Notes under the pieces: model-generated
What the model was told of the DNA's origin: nothing
The model's input: the letters and a program-made list of their open reading frames with translations, nothing else
Databases searched by the model: none
Source of the DNA: Cladosporium halotolerans
Taxonomy: Eukaryota
DNA: 64,000 nt
Assembly: GCF_011745625.1 (NCBI RefSeq)
Contig: NW_027191459.1
Location: 496,001 to 560,000, forward strand
Reading direction: 5' to 3'
In this document: one piece after another, positions 21,899-33,216 of the stretch
Layout: each line of letters begins with the position of its first letter
Position numbering within the stretch: the stretch's first letter is position 1
Position numbers and translations under genes: made by a program

Positions 21899-24740
21899 CT
21901 AGTAATAGACCTTCTCCTCGTAGATGGGCGGGAGGTCGTCGTCGTGCATGCGCCAGACGATCTTGTTCTTCTCGTCGAGGTGCGCGCCCTCGTCCGTGAT
22001 GGGCGTGACCTTGCTGGTGTCGCGGACCTCTTCTCTGCTGATGCCGAGCTGGTCGCGCGGGATCCAGATGAGGCCGAGCTCGGAGGTGATGGACGGGCTG
22101 TAGTAGGCGTTCTCCTCGATCTCCTTCGTGTACTCGACCGGGTCGGCCTGTGGTGTGATGCGGCGGAGGGTGGCGTAGTCGGTGTAGATGTCGGGGCGGA
22201 GCCACTTCATGAAGAAGTTGGGGCGCTTGTGGGGGGCGGGTGCGTCGAGCGCGGCGTTGTGGCCGTCGGCGGCAGCGCTCTCCTTGATGCCCTCCTTGGA
22301 AGCACTGTTGTAGCCGTCGCTGTCGCCGTGCTCGAGAGCCAGGAGACGCTCCTCCTCTGCGCCGATGGACTTCGGCAGAGCCTCAAGGTGCGGGCTGATG
22401 GCACTGTTGAAGTTCAGGTGGTAGAGCGCAGTGAAGACCAACATGATGATCATGAGGATCAGCGGGCCAAGTGCACCGCGAGGGTAGACGTTGACCAATG
22501 GGGCACCGGGCGGGGCATTAGGATCGCCGTTTGCGACCTGCATCTTGGATCCACCGGCTGCCATCGCGAAGAGACCAATGAGGCAGACCTCTGCAATGTA
22601 CAGTCCAACAAAGAGTTGCTGCAGAGCACGAGGGTAGACTGCTCCCTTGGTGTCAACGTCGATGTTGTAGACGTAGAGCATGTTGTAGCGGTAGACAAAG
22701 TAGAACAGGTAAAGGCCGGCGGCGGCGAAAATCAGGACGGCAGGAGCGATCGCAGCGTAGCAGATGGCGATCACCTAGGATGGTAGATTAGCACCAGGCG
22801 TTGACGATCTATATCACGAAGAGGGAGACTTACGAAGAGGTTAGTGTAGATGGGAAAGAGAGTGCCCCAACCGAGACCGGAAAGCGTGATCCATCTGTTG
22901 TACATCTTGCGGGGAGTGTTGTCGAGAAGCTTGCCCAGAAGAATGAAGACAATGACACCAGCAATGCCAAATATGGTGCTGGAGGCGACCGAAAGACCCT
23001 GCAGAAGGAAGTAGGACAGGTAGAAAGTGCTGGCCGTTGGGATGTTGTTGGCGAGGAGGGATGCAGCACTGGTTGGGTCCTCCTTGATGGAGTTGACAAC
23101 CGAAGTAGCGGAAGCACCAAGAGTCGCAACCAAGAAGACCTGCACTACCTGGAAGGCAAAGTAGTAGTTTTGCACAGTGAGCTCGACGGAAGAGCTGGTA
23201 GGGCAGCCGGAGATCTTTGCGGCGAGGCGAAGAATGATGGGCAACAGCGCCATGAGGACAGCGAGGAGGACCACAGGGAGCAGACCAGTGATGAGACCGA
23301 ACAAGAAACCCGGCAGATTGCGGATGAAAGCAAGAGCCGGGACGAGCTCGATGAGTCTGTCGACTTTGCTGATGGCACCAACGAACGCAACGGGGATGGC
23401 CCAGAAGACGATGAGGGCGACCACAAACGCGATAACGACGACCTTGCGAATAACGCGCTCCCACCACTTGATGTTGAGGTTGCCCCAGTTGATCTCGGTC
23501 GGGGTCATACCAGTGAAACGGGGTTGCATGTGCAGGATGTGGTGGTGGGTCAGGCTCTGGTATGCGGCCTGCGCCTCGTGGACAGATGAAAACTCGACAA
23601 AAGCTGATCCGAGCAGCTTGGCATCATGCTTCTTGTGGGCAGCTTGCTTCTGGGCCACTTCCGGAATGAGCCCCTGCAGCTCACCGCGGCACCAGTCGAT
23701 GGTATCAACCTTCTTGCCAATGAGGGGCTTCAGACGGTGAACGGGGCGCTCCTTGGGCTGCAGGTAACGAGCGGAGGTCAAGCCAGATTCGGGGTCCGCC
23801 ATGGAGACCTCGTCAGAGTTGGACCTCTCACCCTTCTTCGCGGCCTTCTTGTCTGCCTTCAACTTGTTGTTGTTCGCGGTCTTGATGAGCTTGGTCTCGG
23901 CTGCCTCAAGCTTGCTCCACGCAGTGTCGCGGTCCTTGACAAGATCATCGAGCTCCTTGGTATCCGTGGCGAGCCAGACACGGCGAACGGCAGGGCCGAG
24001 CATCTCGCGAAGCTTCGTCTCGCTCATGTACTCCTCGGGGACCGATGTGTACATGACAACTTTGGAGGAGAGGCGGCTGGTGTAGTAAGGCGACATCAGG
24101 TAGGCCTGACGAAGGTTGATGAAGAAGATGGTCTCCCTGGTAATCATGTAGAGGATGAAGCTGAAGAAGATGATGGCGCAACCCGCGTGGGCGAACATCT
24201 TGAAGTAGTTGTCGGTGACGTTGGCCATGGTGAGAATCTCGAACTGGGTCTTGATGCCGCCTCCAGTGATGTTGACAGGGAATAGCACCGGGAAGGTAAT
24301 GACGCATCCAACGATACAGCAGACGACACTAATCTTCAGGAAGCGCAGGAAGAGGTAGCCATCCATGGAGTGGTGCTGCAGCACATAGGTGTCCGGAATC
24401 TGGTAGAAAGCAGGAATCCAGTTGAATAAGCCTTTAGGCAGGTCGGGTGTGCGCTCGCGGGGACGCAGTGCTCCCAGGAAGGATCTCGGCATGTAGTTGC
24501 GGCTGAACTTTGTGCGCAGGATACAGAAGCCCAGGAAGAATACGACGGCGATGATAAGGGTAGGGACCATTGTGGTCACGACCGCCGAGGCGGATTCGGA
24601 CTGCTGGCTCTGCATATCTGATTGTTCAGAGCCATCGCCATTCTAGAGAGGAAAACCATAAGTCAGGGCCTATCAGAAGTGAAGCATTGTGCCTCGGGTC
24701 TTACCTGGCGAGAGAACAAGATGCGGTCGTGGGTAGCCAT
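21899..24740 (-). CDS. CSC1/OSCA1/TMEM63 (DUF221; Phm7/Rsn1-like) mechanosensitive Ca2+-permeable channel
   Basis: RNYMPRSFLG, MDGYLFLRFL, FPVNITGGG, SAFVEF, FWAIPVAFVG, YFAFQVVQVFLV, GWGTLFP, YRYNMLYVY, TKGAVYPRALQQL and WIPRDQLGIS. Short first exon 24740-24705; second intron near 22830-22776. Confidence 0.92.
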
Positions 24741-26277
24741 GTTGGCGAAAATACCCCTGGATAAGGTTTGCGGTGTTTACCCTGGCCGCGCTGTCGCAGA
24801 ACGCGGTTTGTGGTATGCGCTCTGAATGCGCGCGAGGTGGAAAGGGTTTGCGACAAGCAGACGCAATCGAGGCCAGAAATGCGGAGTGAAAAGAAGGACT
24901 GGGAGGAGGAGTCAGGGCTGGCAGAGAGGTGAGGTGCGCACGGCAGCCCGAGCAGGGCAGATTGCGAGGCGGTTTGGCAGTCGCACCTGTCTGCGGCGGG
25001 CGCGACGCAAACACCAGCTTCGGCCACTCAGCGCGCCCGATCTCGCCGCCGCGCCTGCGCAATGACGCGGGACAGATGGCGGGATCGACGGTAACGATCC
25101 GCTGGCCAAACGCGATATGCCCGTCCTGCCTCCTGCACGCAGGGGTTTGGCTGATCGCACAGCACTATTGCCCGACGTGACGCAAGGCGGCCTTTCGATG
25201 CGGTGGGAGGTGGATAAAGAATTCCGTGAGTGCTTGGGAGCTGATGAAGGCCACTTGCAGTCTCCACGGTCTCAGCTCCTTCTTATATTGCGTGCATGCA
25301 TTCTTCTCGACACCAGACATCACCACACAACAGCAGAGGCGCAGCACGGCACGATACCTATTAGCCATCTAGTCGCCCACCACGGAGTCTACGAAAAACG
25401 CCGGTGCACGCGATCACAGATTTTCACGTGCATGGGAGCTGCAGGGGCAGTTGCATGCGGAGAAGGGCCAAACAGCATCATCAAGGCAAGACGGTGGACC
25501 CCGACCAGGATGCACCAGCCACACGCTCGCGCCCCGGGCATCTGGTGCAGCAAAAGAGCTGGCGTGGGCGCCGCGCGGTGGCCCCGGTGGTGGCAGGGCG
25601 ATGCAGGCGTGTAGCGTGTGGATCGATCGAGGCCCGCGTCGGCGTGCAGCGACACGTCGGGTCTCAGCGACGTAAAGCGTAGACCGCTGTACATGCGACG
25701 GGCACATGGCCACTTGCAGGGACTTTGGCGCTGGCTCGCTTCACGGGGTCTCCGGCCGGCGCAGGGCTAAACACTGCTGTGGCAAGCAGCGTGTGGCTGA
25801 GGACGGCAGATGGTGGAGGCGGTGGAGCTCGATCGGTAAGGCTGCTCGAGAGCTCGGTTGTGAGAGAGTCGTTGTGTCAAACGAGCCTCCCTCTTTAGCG
25901 TCAGGCGTGCAGTGAAAAAATGCTGCAAAGGTGGTTGAGTTGTGCGGCGGCAAGCGAAACGGCGTGGTGATTGACGAGAGCAGGGCTTGATCCCTGTCGT
26001 CCGAAATTGATTGCGTCCCGCCCAGTGGACCTGACGTTGCTTCCCCAGACCTCAGCCGGACCATGGCTCACATGGTCCTCTGGTTTCTGTTCCTGAACCT
26101 TGGATGAAACCCGTTGAACTGATTTTCCTCCTTAATCAGCGCGCTCGCGCGCAGTTGGTTTGTACTGTCGGTGTTGACTACTGACACAGCGTTCTGCTGT
26201 GCCACGTGAACTCTTGTTCAAACGCTACACAGGAAGTCACGGTATCGTGACCAAACAGAAATAGCTCAAGAAAGAGT

Positions 26278-26790
26278 TTGCCCTTGCATAATCAGGGAAT
26301 GATTGAGTTCAAGATGCAACGAGTTCCATGCCTAGCACCTGACGTTAGGGTTAGGGTTGGTGTTATCGCGCTGAACGAGCCGCTGGATTTTTGGACGGAT
26401 GCACTGTGCGTCAATCAAAGAGATAGGAGAGAGAGAAGTCTACAAGTCTCAATCATGCGGTTCATCTATGGCTTTGCTAACAGAGTCTTCATCTCGCTTG
26501 GTGAAGGCGACGTCATGGTAGAGACTGGCCTTGTTGAAATGATCGTCCTGTCCAAACGCTACGGAACGTGTGCTCTGTCGGAAATCACAAAGATCGACCC
26601 GGAGGTATTCTCGGACATCGAAATGCGATTGGCGGACGGGAGCTTAGCTTCAAGCATCGAAGCCATGTTTCACGTACCTTACTGGCATGGAGGATGGGTC
26701 TTTCAAGAAGCATGTGCAAATGTCAATGTGTGCATCGGATATGGAAAGATGAGAGAGCGAGTCAGTGGGTCCCGCGCACAAGAAACACCA
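26278..26790 (+). pseudogene. Degenerate HET-domain (heterokaryon incompatibility) gene remnant
   Basis: FWTDALCVNQRD..ERSLQVSIMRFIYGFANRVFISLG and PYWHGGWVFQE match the middle and end of the HET domain. The N-terminal Y.ALSY.WG motif is absent, the W..R.W..QE arginine is lost, and downstream sequence looks non-coding. Confidence 0.65.
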
Positions 26791-27296
26791 TCGCCGTTGA
26801 ACAAGCCGCGATGGTCACCAGGAAACGAGAACCACTTCCTTCCATCCTCCCATTCTGAATCCACGAAAGCATTGCAATCGTTGGACTCGAAACACCTTAA
26901 AGGAAGAGAAACGGTTAGCAGGGTTCGCTCTTTTTATGAACGCCCTGTCTTGAAGAGAGTGAAATCATTCGATTTCGGGCAATTTGCATACCGAAGGGAC
27001 TTTGGGCTACTGGGCAACACTCAAATACAACCAGAGCAGAGAAAGAACATACTCACTCGATTTGGGCACGACTGCGAGGCGTGTATTGAGAGACTGGAGT
27101 GTCGAGATGTCGTTTCAGCAGGAGCTTTGTATCATTCAGATGTGTCTTCCCCGTCTTGTTTTCCGTCAAATCCCATCATAGCCTCCAAAATTGACTTGAA
27201 ATGTACAATATTGAGTTGCATGCAACCGCTCTTTTCAGACTACAGCTTGGCTCATGATAACGGCCTATCAATACGGATACAAACAGCATTCACCTC

Positions 27297-30200
27297 CTAT
27301 CCCCAGGTTCCACCGCCAGCCCTACCACCCTTCCTCTGCGCGCTCAGTCTCCAATCATCCTCACCTGCAAAGCGATTGTGCAAAGGCTGGATCCTCTCCG
27401 CCCTCTTCCTCTTGCTCAACCCTCCTTCTTTACCCGCAACCTTAAAGAACGTCGGAGCGGCCTCTACCAGCCACTTGGGCTCAATGGCCGTGACGTTATG
27501 CATGTACTCTCGTGTCGTCTCGACCAAGCTATGGTAGATAACGTGCTCCGCGGCTTTGCCAAACAGCGCCGATGACGGATGCAAGTAAACCGGCGTGCCC
27601 TCGACAAGCGTCTTGTAACCCTCAGTGGGATCCTTGCGGGCCGAGTTGCGGAAGAAGCCCGAGCAGAGCGCCTGCCTCACGCGTGTGGTGTCGCGGCCGC
27701 AAGACAAGATGCGCAGCTTGTGGCGCTCGAGGATCTGGACGAGCTGCTTGCGCACGTCCTCGGCGCGGCGCATACTCTTAGGCTGGATGAAGTTCTCGAA
27801 GCACCAGGGGTCCGTGGCGCCCGCGCGCTTCCAGCCCTGGTAGACGTTGAGCAGCGTGAGGTGGTCGCCGGCCGGGTCGTGGAATTTGGCCTTCTTCTGG
27901 TCGGCCTGCTGCTGCTTGTCTTTGGGTCGGTGGAAGACGGTTTGCACGGCGGAAATCATGGCGACGATCGAGAGCATTTCGTCGGAGCAGCCGAGGTCGA
28001 TTGACATGATCAGGGATTTGGCGAGGGCGGGTTCCATGGGGAAGTCGGCCATGCGGCGGCCTAGGCGGGTCAGGAGGCCTTCTTCATCAAGGGCAGAGAG
28101 AGCGTAGAGTTCTTCCAATGCTGTAAGCATGGTGTTGGTCGGCGGGGGGTCCATGAAGTCAAAGTTGATTAGATCGTTGACTCCCATGGCCTTGAGCATC
28201 AAAATGGTGTTTGCCAAGTTTTGCCTTTGAATTTCAGGAATTGTGGTCGGCAGCATCTCACTCTGGAAAGCTGCCTCTGTGTACAAACGGAAGCATTTAC
28301 CGGGACCAGTGCGACCGGCACGTCCTGCACGCTGCTTCGCCTGCGCTTGTGAGATGGGTGTGACTTGCAGCCTGTCCATACCCAGTTTCGCATCGTAGGC
28401 GGTCTGCTTGACGAAGCCAGGGTCTACGACGAAGTAGATGCCGTCGATCGTGATACTGGTCTCCGCAATATTGGTAGCGATGACTACCTTGCGGGTGCCG
28501 TCAGGTGCTGGTTCGAAGATACGAGACGCAATCTCACTGGGCAGTGCACCATAGATTGGCAGGATCATCAACTCCGGTACGCTGGGCCCAAGCGCTTTCA
28601 TGCGCTCGAAAAGAATCTCGCAGCTTGTGTCGATCTCTTCTTTACCTGTCAAGAAAAGTAAGATGTCTCCTGGGGGCTCCGTCAAGTGGATTTGCATAAC
28701 AGTCGTCAACGCTGCATCAAGGTAGTCGGACTCAGGCTCCCTGCTGTACATGATCTCGACTGGGAACGTTCGTCCGGGAATGGACAAAATTGGGCACTCG
28801 AGGAAGTAGGTACTGAACTTCTCAGCATCCAGGGTTGCCGATGTGATGATAATCTTCAAGTCTGGCCGACGTTTGAGTGTCTTTTTCAACAGTCCAAACA
28901 AAACGTCCGTGGCGATGGTACGTTCGTGGGCCTCGTCCAACATGATGACGCTGTATCGTGAGAGCTCCGGGTCAAGCAGGATTTCTCGCTGCATGATACC
29001 GTCCGTCATGTACTTGATGCGAGTGCTGTTACTGGTCTTGTCTTCAAATCGAATGGTGTAGCCCACTTCCTCGCCAACGCGGCAACCGACTTCATCGGCC
29101 ACGCGCGCTGCAACACTCATCGCTGCAACACGACGTGGCTGAGTGCAGCCGATGATGCCAGCGTTAGCAAAGCCGTCTTCCGCGAGATATTGCGTAAGCT
29201 GTGTCGTCTTTCCACTGCCGGTATCGCCGACGACAACCATCAGTTGGTACTGCCGCACGGCGTCCAAGAATTGTTTACGCATCCTGAAAGCAGGCAAGGA
29301 TTCTCGCTGCTCCTTGATAGACAACACAGTCTTCTTTCCGAGCTCACCGCGGCCAGTGGCAATCTTCTTCCACTCCGGCATTTCAATAGCAGCGCGGGGC
29401 CCAGCATCTTTGGGCTGGCGAAGATCAGACGCAAACCTCCGTTCCCCAGGAGCAACCATAGGATCATTCCACTCCTGACCGAGATCTGTCTTTGCCGCCT
29501 CTTTCGCGGCCTTGTCTTGCGCCTCTTGCTGTCGCAAGTCTCTCCTCTCTTTCGCTAGCACATCTCCTTGCATTGCTGCTCTGTTCATACTACCATCAGG
29601 CGCCTTGATCACGCGAATTGGACTGAGCTCCAGTGATTGCTTCGTCTGACCAGCCAAGAAGGGTGGCTCCTCCTCGCGGACTTCGATGTCAACATCCTCT
29701 TCTTCCTCGATCATCTCGCCATTCAGTGCGGCTTGATAGTCATCATCTTGCAGATCGGGGTAGTCAGCAGCCTTCAGCACGCCTGACGCGATAAGCTGGC
29801 GGATCTCCCATCTTTCAGGGCTAGTCATTCGCTTCTTCTGCCGCCTTCCAACATTTTGACCTTCTACAATCGGAACACCAGCGATCGGATCGAAGGTACC
29901 AGCGCCATTCAACCCAACCGCATTCGCACCTGTACCCGCTATCCTCCTGCCAGGATTCAGATCTTGACCCGTCGACTGATCAACCTCTGCCATGCTGAGA
30001 CTTATGCGCTTGTCCTGTACCTTCATGACCTTCACCTTGACGCGCTGGTCTCTTGACAGAAGATCGGAAGGATGGTTGACCTTGTACTCAGCAATAGCCG
30101 AAACATGGACCAGACCATCCACCTTTCCCTTCACGCCAATCAAGTTCACGAATGCGCCGAAGTCCTTGACGCCTGTCACCCGACCATCGTACACCTTGTA

Positions 30201-30875
30201 TTGAACAGGCTCATCATCCAACTCAGGCTCCGGCGTCCTATCCCGCCTGCTCCTCCTCTCTCTATGCCGTGACCGTTCCCTCCGATGCTCTTTCTCCCTC
30301 GGCCTGTACGACCTCGACCGCCCAAACTCGTCCTGGAAAATATAATCATCGTTCCGCCTCGGCGACCTCGACCGCGATCTGCGCGAGCGCTTCCGCTCAT
30401 ACGCATCCTCACGCGCGACCGGACTCACGCTGCGCTTGCGCGCATTCGCAGGATTCTTGTCGCCCGCCATCGACTCCAGCATCGCAAACGTATCGTCCAG
30501 ATCCCCCCCGCCCGCCGCCGGGTCCTCCTCGTCCTCAAAGGTCGGCACCTTATCCGGCATCGCCAGGCCCTTGAACTTCTTACTCCGGTCGTCCTTGCCA
30601 TGGCCGCCATCTCCCGCCGCAGCCCCGTTCGCCGCGCCGCCCTTGTACTTTGGGTGCAACGTCCTGACCAGGCGATCGATCGACGTTGTCAAGCTTTCCG
30701 GAAACTCGTACTCCTCCAGCGATTTCCTGAACGCGTCCGGCGCATCGCGGTGCTTCTCGTGCTCGGCGATGACGAACTCCGCGATCGTCGAGTCGGCCAC
30801 GCCGAGGTAGTTCTGCAGCTCCGACGAGACCTTGCTGACGAGCGACAGGCGCTCGAGCTCTTCGAAGTCGTCCAT
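27297..30875 (-). CDS. PRP22: Pre-mRNA splicing DEAH-box helicase
   Basis: S1 domain (GVKDFGAFV...GLVHVS), MTSPERWEIRQLI, GDTGSGKTTQ, TQPRRVAA, DEAHER, SAT and QRAGRAGR. Single exon, 1192 aa. Confidence 0.97.
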   Translation of the reverse strand: MDDFEELERLSLVSKVSSELQNYLGVADSTIAEFVIAEHEKHRDAPDAFRKSLEEYEFPESLTTSIDRLVRTLHPKYKGGAANGAAAGDGGHGKDDRSKKFKGLAMPDKVPTFEDEEDPAAGGGDLDDTFAMLESMAGDKNPANARKRSVSPVAREDAYERKRSRRSRSRSPRRNDDYIFQDEFGRSRSYRPREKEHRRERSRHRERRSRRDRTPEPELDDEPVQYKVYDGRVTGVKDFGAFVNLIGVKGKVDGLVHVSAIAEYKVNHPSDLLSRDQRVKVKVMKVQDKRISLSMAEVDQSTGQDLNPGRRIAGTGANAVGLNGAGTFDPIAGVPIVEGQNVGRRQKKRMTSPERWEIRQLIASGVLKAADYPDLQDDDYQAALNGEMIEEEEDVDIEVREEEPPFLAGQTKQSLELSPIRVIKAPDGSMNRAAMQGDVLAKERRDLRQQEAQDKAAKEAAKTDLGQEWNDPMVAPGERRFASDLRQPKDAGPRAAIEMPEWKKIATGRGELGKKTVLSIKEQRESLPAFRMRKQFLDAVRQYQLMVVVGDTGSGKTTQLTQYLAEDGFANAGIIGCTQPRRVAAMSVAARVADEVGCRVGEEVGYTIRFEDKTSNSTRIKYMTDGIMQREILLDPELSRYSVIMLDEAHERTIATDVLFGLLKKTLKRRPDLKIIITSATLDAEKFSTYFLECPILSIPGRTFPVEIMYSREPESDYLDAALTTVMQIHLTEPPGDILLFLTGKEEIDTSCEILFERMKALGPSVPELMILPIYGALPSEIASRIFEPAPDGTRKVVIATNIAETSITIDGIYFVVDPGFVKQTAYDAKLGMDRLQVTPISQAQAKQRAGRAGRTGPGKCFRLYTEAAFQSEMLPTTIPEIQRQNLANTILMLKAMGVNDLINFDFMDPPPTNTMLTALEELYALSALDEEGLLTRLGRRMADFPMEPALAKSLIMSIDLGCSDEMLSIVAMISAVQTVFHRPKDKQQQADQKKAKFHDPAGDHLTLLNVYQGWKRAGATDPWCFENFIQPKSMRRAEDVRKQLVQILERHKLRILSCGRDTTRVRQALCSGFFRNSARKDPTEGYKTLVEGTPVYLHPSSALFGKAAEHVIYHSLVETTREYMHNVTAIEPKWLVEAAPTFFKVAGKEGGLSKRKRAERIQPLHNRFAGEDDWRLSAQRKGGRAGGGTWG

Positions 30876-31289
30876 GGTTGGTTTGGGTGGCTCGGCGCCA
30901 AAGTGAGAGGATCGATTTGCTGGACGACTTGGGATTTGTTACGCTCGCGACTTCACTTTCCGCAGGCCTCGTGCTGTACCCTAACCCTTACGCGGCTTTG
31001 GAGAACGTTTGGCGATGATCCGTTTTCCCGCGCGCTAAGATAAGCCTAGATAAGGCCCTCTTTCGCCTCATTTTTGCCCCACGTCAAGCGGCGCCCGCCA
31101 GAAAGATTTGGAAGTCGGCAGATTTCATGTGAAGATTTCGAGTCATTTGTTTATACCGTATTATTAATTGCATAAAAGAAGCGAACTACGCACGCACTGC
31201 TGCGCGACGGTCCTTGGGTCTGCGCAAAATACTGGAGAGTCAATCACAGCGACAGCAAAGAGAAAGACACACACGCACACACAGCCATC

Positions 31290-32807
31290 ATGGCAGCACA
31301 GCAAGACGACAAGCCGCTCAAGGGCGCCTCGCTGGCGCAGGACCTCTTCAAGGACATGGGCGCGCAGGTCGCCAGCATGAACACACAGGAGGGCGAGGAC
31401 GACGAGGCGACGTCCAAGGTCACGGAGGAGGTCGAGTCGCTGTGCATGAACTGCCACGAGAACGGCACGACGCGCCTGCTGCTGACCAAGATCCCCTTCT
31501 TCCGCGAGATCGTCATCATGTCCTTCGCCTGCCCGCACTGCGGCCTGCAGAACAACGAGATCCAGAGCGCCGGCGAGATCCAGCCGAAAGCCGCCAAATA
31601 CGCCTTCAAGGTCGAGAGCGAGGAGGACCTGCAGCGCCAGGTCGTCAAGACGGACATGTGCGCGTTCCGCATTGAGGATCTGGACTTGGAAATCCCGCCC
31701 GGCAAGGGCCGGTACACGAATGTGGAGGGCGTGCTGAGCAGCATAAGAGATGACCTGTCGCAACACCAGGACGAGCGCATGAAGCAGATGCCCGAGGTGG
31801 GCCTGAAGGTCGCCGAGGTCATCCGCGGCGTCACGGAGATGGTGACGGGCCAGCGCTACCCCTTCATGATCTCCGTCGACGACCCGTCCGGCAACTCCTG
31901 GTTCGAGCCCAAGCCCGGCGATGCCGCGGGCAAGTGGGCGAAGTCCGAGTACAACCGCACGCCGGCGCAGAACGCCGCGCTGGGCCTGGGTGACGACGTG
32001 CCCCCTCCCACCGCCTCCGCCAACCAGGCGCCCGAAACCGAGCTCCGCCCCGAGTACCGCGCCGAGGGCCTCGTGGGCGCCGACGCCCCCTCCACCGACC
32101 GCCAGGCCAACAACGTCGACGCCGAGGACGACATCGTCGAGAACCAAGTCTACTCCTTCCCGGCCTCCTGCCCAGGCTGCACACGGCCCTGCGCGACCAA
32201 CATGAAAATGGTCAACATCCCGTACTTCAAGCAGGTGATCGTCATGAGCACCGTCTGCGACGACTGCGGCTACCGCTCCAACGAAGTCAAGACCGGCGGC
32301 GCCGTGCCCGAAAAGGGCTCCCGCATCACGCTCGCCGTCAACACCCGCGAAGACCTCAGCCGCGACATCCTCAAGTCCGAGAGCGCGGCCCTCTCCTGCC
32401 CCGAGCTCCAGCTCCGCGTCGAGCCCGGCACCATGGGCGGCCGCTTCACGACCGTCGAGGGCATCCTGGAGAACATCAAGAAGGACCTGCGGGCGCAGGT
32501 GTTCGGGCTCGCGGACGGCGACGCGCCGCTCGCCGACGACGAGGTCGGCGACAGCATGACGACGGACACGAAGCGGACGTGGGACCAGTTCTTCGACAGC
32601 GTCGCGGAGGCCGTCGAGGGCAAGAAGCCCTTCACGCTCGTGCTCGAGGACCCGCTGGCCGCGAGCTACGTGCAGAGCTTCACGGCGCCGGAGCCGGATC
32701 CGCAGATTAAGATCGAGGAGTATGACAGAACGGATGAGGAGGAGGAGGATTTGGGCTTGAAGGATATTAAGGTCGAGGGGTATGAGAAGGAGGAGAAGGC
32801 TGCGTAG
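31290..32807 (+). CDS. ZPR1: Zinc-finger protein ZPR1 (eEF1A chaperone)
   Basis: Two C4 zinc fingers (CMNC..CPHC and CPGC..CDDC), each followed by IPFFRE/IPYFKQ, TNVEG/TTVEG and DPSGNS/DPLAAS. Strong GC3 bias. Confidence 0.95.
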   Translation: MAAQQDDKPLKGASLAQDLFKDMGAQVASMNTQEGEDDEATSKVTEEVESLCMNCHENGTTRLLLTKIPFFREIVIMSFACPHCGLQNNEIQSAGEIQPKAAKYAFKVESEEDLQRQVVKTDMCAFRIEDLDLEIPPGKGRYTNVEGVLSSIRDDLSQHQDERMKQMPEVGLKVAEVIRGVTEMVTGQRYPFMISVDDPSGNSWFEPKPGDAAGKWAKSEYNRTPAQNAALGLGDDVPPPTASANQAPETELRPEYRAEGLVGADAPSTDRQANNVDAEDDIVENQVYSFPASCPGCTRPCATNMKMVNIPYFKQVIVMSTVCDDCGYRSNEVKTGGAVPEKGSRITLAVNTREDLSRDILKSESAALSCPELQLRVEPGTMGGRFTTVEGILENIKKDLRAQVFGLADGDAPLADDEVGDSMTTDTKRTWDQFFDSVAEAVEGKKPFTLVLEDPLAASYVQSFTAPEPDPQIKIEEYDRTDEEEEDLGLKDIKVEGYEKEEKAA

Positions 32808-33216
32808 AGGCGAAACCAAAAAGCATGCATTTCCCTTTAAGGCGTTCGAACGGGCTAAGGTGGCCCTTGATTTTATATAGATGAGTGGAATGAAGCAATG
32901 ATACCTTGACTTGAGAACAGTGTTACCTAGTACCTGGGACGCGGGTGCATCTCACCAGCGATTTCATGAGATATGGATGGGATCAGTGCAATGAGGTGTT
33001 TTCGGACCAATTTTGATTCTGAGCAATGCTACTTAGACTGCATTCATCTCGTTACGTGAGCTTCGGCGGCGCCTTCGATTCAGGACTCAGACCACCATAT
33101 GCATACCAGCTGTCCCGCGCCAGTTCCAATGCAAGAGAAAAGAGTGTGAAGAAGCATAAAAGGCCATATAGAGGCGCGCCAAGACCTCGTTCCAGCCCCA
33201 TCTCAATCCTACCCCT

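Noticed and set aside
26790..27537. Extension of the 419-aa HET ORF overlapping the PRP22 3' end
   Set aside because: The translation after the HET fragment is not protein-like, and the last part is simply antisense to PRP22.
30979..30990. CCCTAACCCTTA telomere-like motif in the PRP22/ZPR1 promoter
   Set aside because: Fewer than two perfect units; too short to distinguish from chance.
31164..32819. 551-aa antisense ORF over ZPR1, and similar long antisense ORFs at 21872-22786, 57884-58666 and 61515-62846
   Set aside because: These are shadows of strong GC3 codon bias in the real genes and carry no motifs of their own.
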